A DNA stretch of 44,667 bases, taken from the NCBI GenBank assembly GCA_038153405.1, contig JAYOYH010000039.1, positions 1 to 44,667 of the forward strand, written 5' to 3'. The position numbers and the translations under genes were made by a program. The notes below the pieces were generated by a model, which saw only the letters and a list, made by a program, of their open reading frames with translations, ran no database searches and was not told the DNA's origin. Of the stretch, positions 44,485 through 44,667 are shown piece after piece. Position 1 is the stretch's first letter. Every line of letters starts with the position of its first letter. The DNA comes from Gemmatimonadota bacterium (GTDB lineage: Bacteria; Latescibacterota; UBA2968; UBA8231).

Positions 44485-44667
44485 TTAGAAGCTGATAACG
44501 GCTTCCAGCATGACGCCGCCGAAGTCGGCTCCTTCGAGTAGCGTCCCCGTGAAGCCCTCTTCGCTATAGGTCTGCGTTACGTACTCCAGCTTGCTCAGCA
44601 CGTTGTCGGTCATAAACCAGCCGGCACCGATATTCAACCGGTCGATGGTGCGCGTGGCTGCTCCGTC
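44485..44667 (-). CDS. C-terminus of a probable outer-membrane beta-barrel protein (partial)
   Basis: Absent from the ORF track; hand translation DGAATRTIDRLNIGAGWFMTDNVLSKLEYVTQTY...FGGVMLEAVISF*. Alternating beta-strand pattern and terminal Phe. Confidence 0.7.
   Translation of the reverse strand, partial: DGAATRTIDRLNIGAGWFMTDNVLSKLEYVTQTYSEEGFTGTLLEGADFGGVMLEAVISF

Noticed and set aside
1..44667. CRISPR arrays, tRNA/rRNA, IS elements, prophage, retron/RT or recognisable defence genes
   Set aside because: No spaced repeat arrays, cloverleafs, transposase, integrase or RT motifs were seen by eye. Subtle cases would need dedicated tools.

Overview
GC-rich bacterial chromosomal window, densely coding (~38 CDS). 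I found no rRNA, tRNA, CRISPR array, integrase or transposase. The gene content (secreted protein with C-terminal FlgD-Ig/CHU_C-like domain, DUF6785-like polytopic transporter, two PhyH dioxygenases, a sulfatase, many sugar oxidoreductases, Na+-pumping decarboxylase) suggests a marine or aquatic Latescibacterota/Poribacteria-like heterotroph; this is inference. Left to right: partial ABC-F ATPase (uup), FlgD-Ig protein, DUF6314, birA, oadGBA, an 816-aa orphan, a sulfatase/PhyH/amidohydrolase/HD cluster, DedA, PHP, an MBL-cupin fusion, a 2-hydroxyacid dehydrogenase, a divergent transketolase, a cyclophilin, EamA, ugd, a GT-C-like membrane protein, uxuA and SDRs, AKR, Gfo/Idh/MocA, an acyltransferase, a hybrid kinase, Ldh_2, PhyH, a stand-alone FlhA-domain mini-protein, PIG-L, a TIM-barrel isomerase and a partial porin. 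The best candidates for novelty are: (1) an unannotated ~280-nt structured + strand RNA at 33.95-34.23 kb, with a sigma28-like promoter, G.U-rich stems, GGA loops and its own terminator; (2) a PhyH enzyme with a halogenase-type HxG iron motif; (3) a stand-alone FlhA cytoplasmic-subdomain protein. All family assignments come from motif recognition by eye, not database searches.
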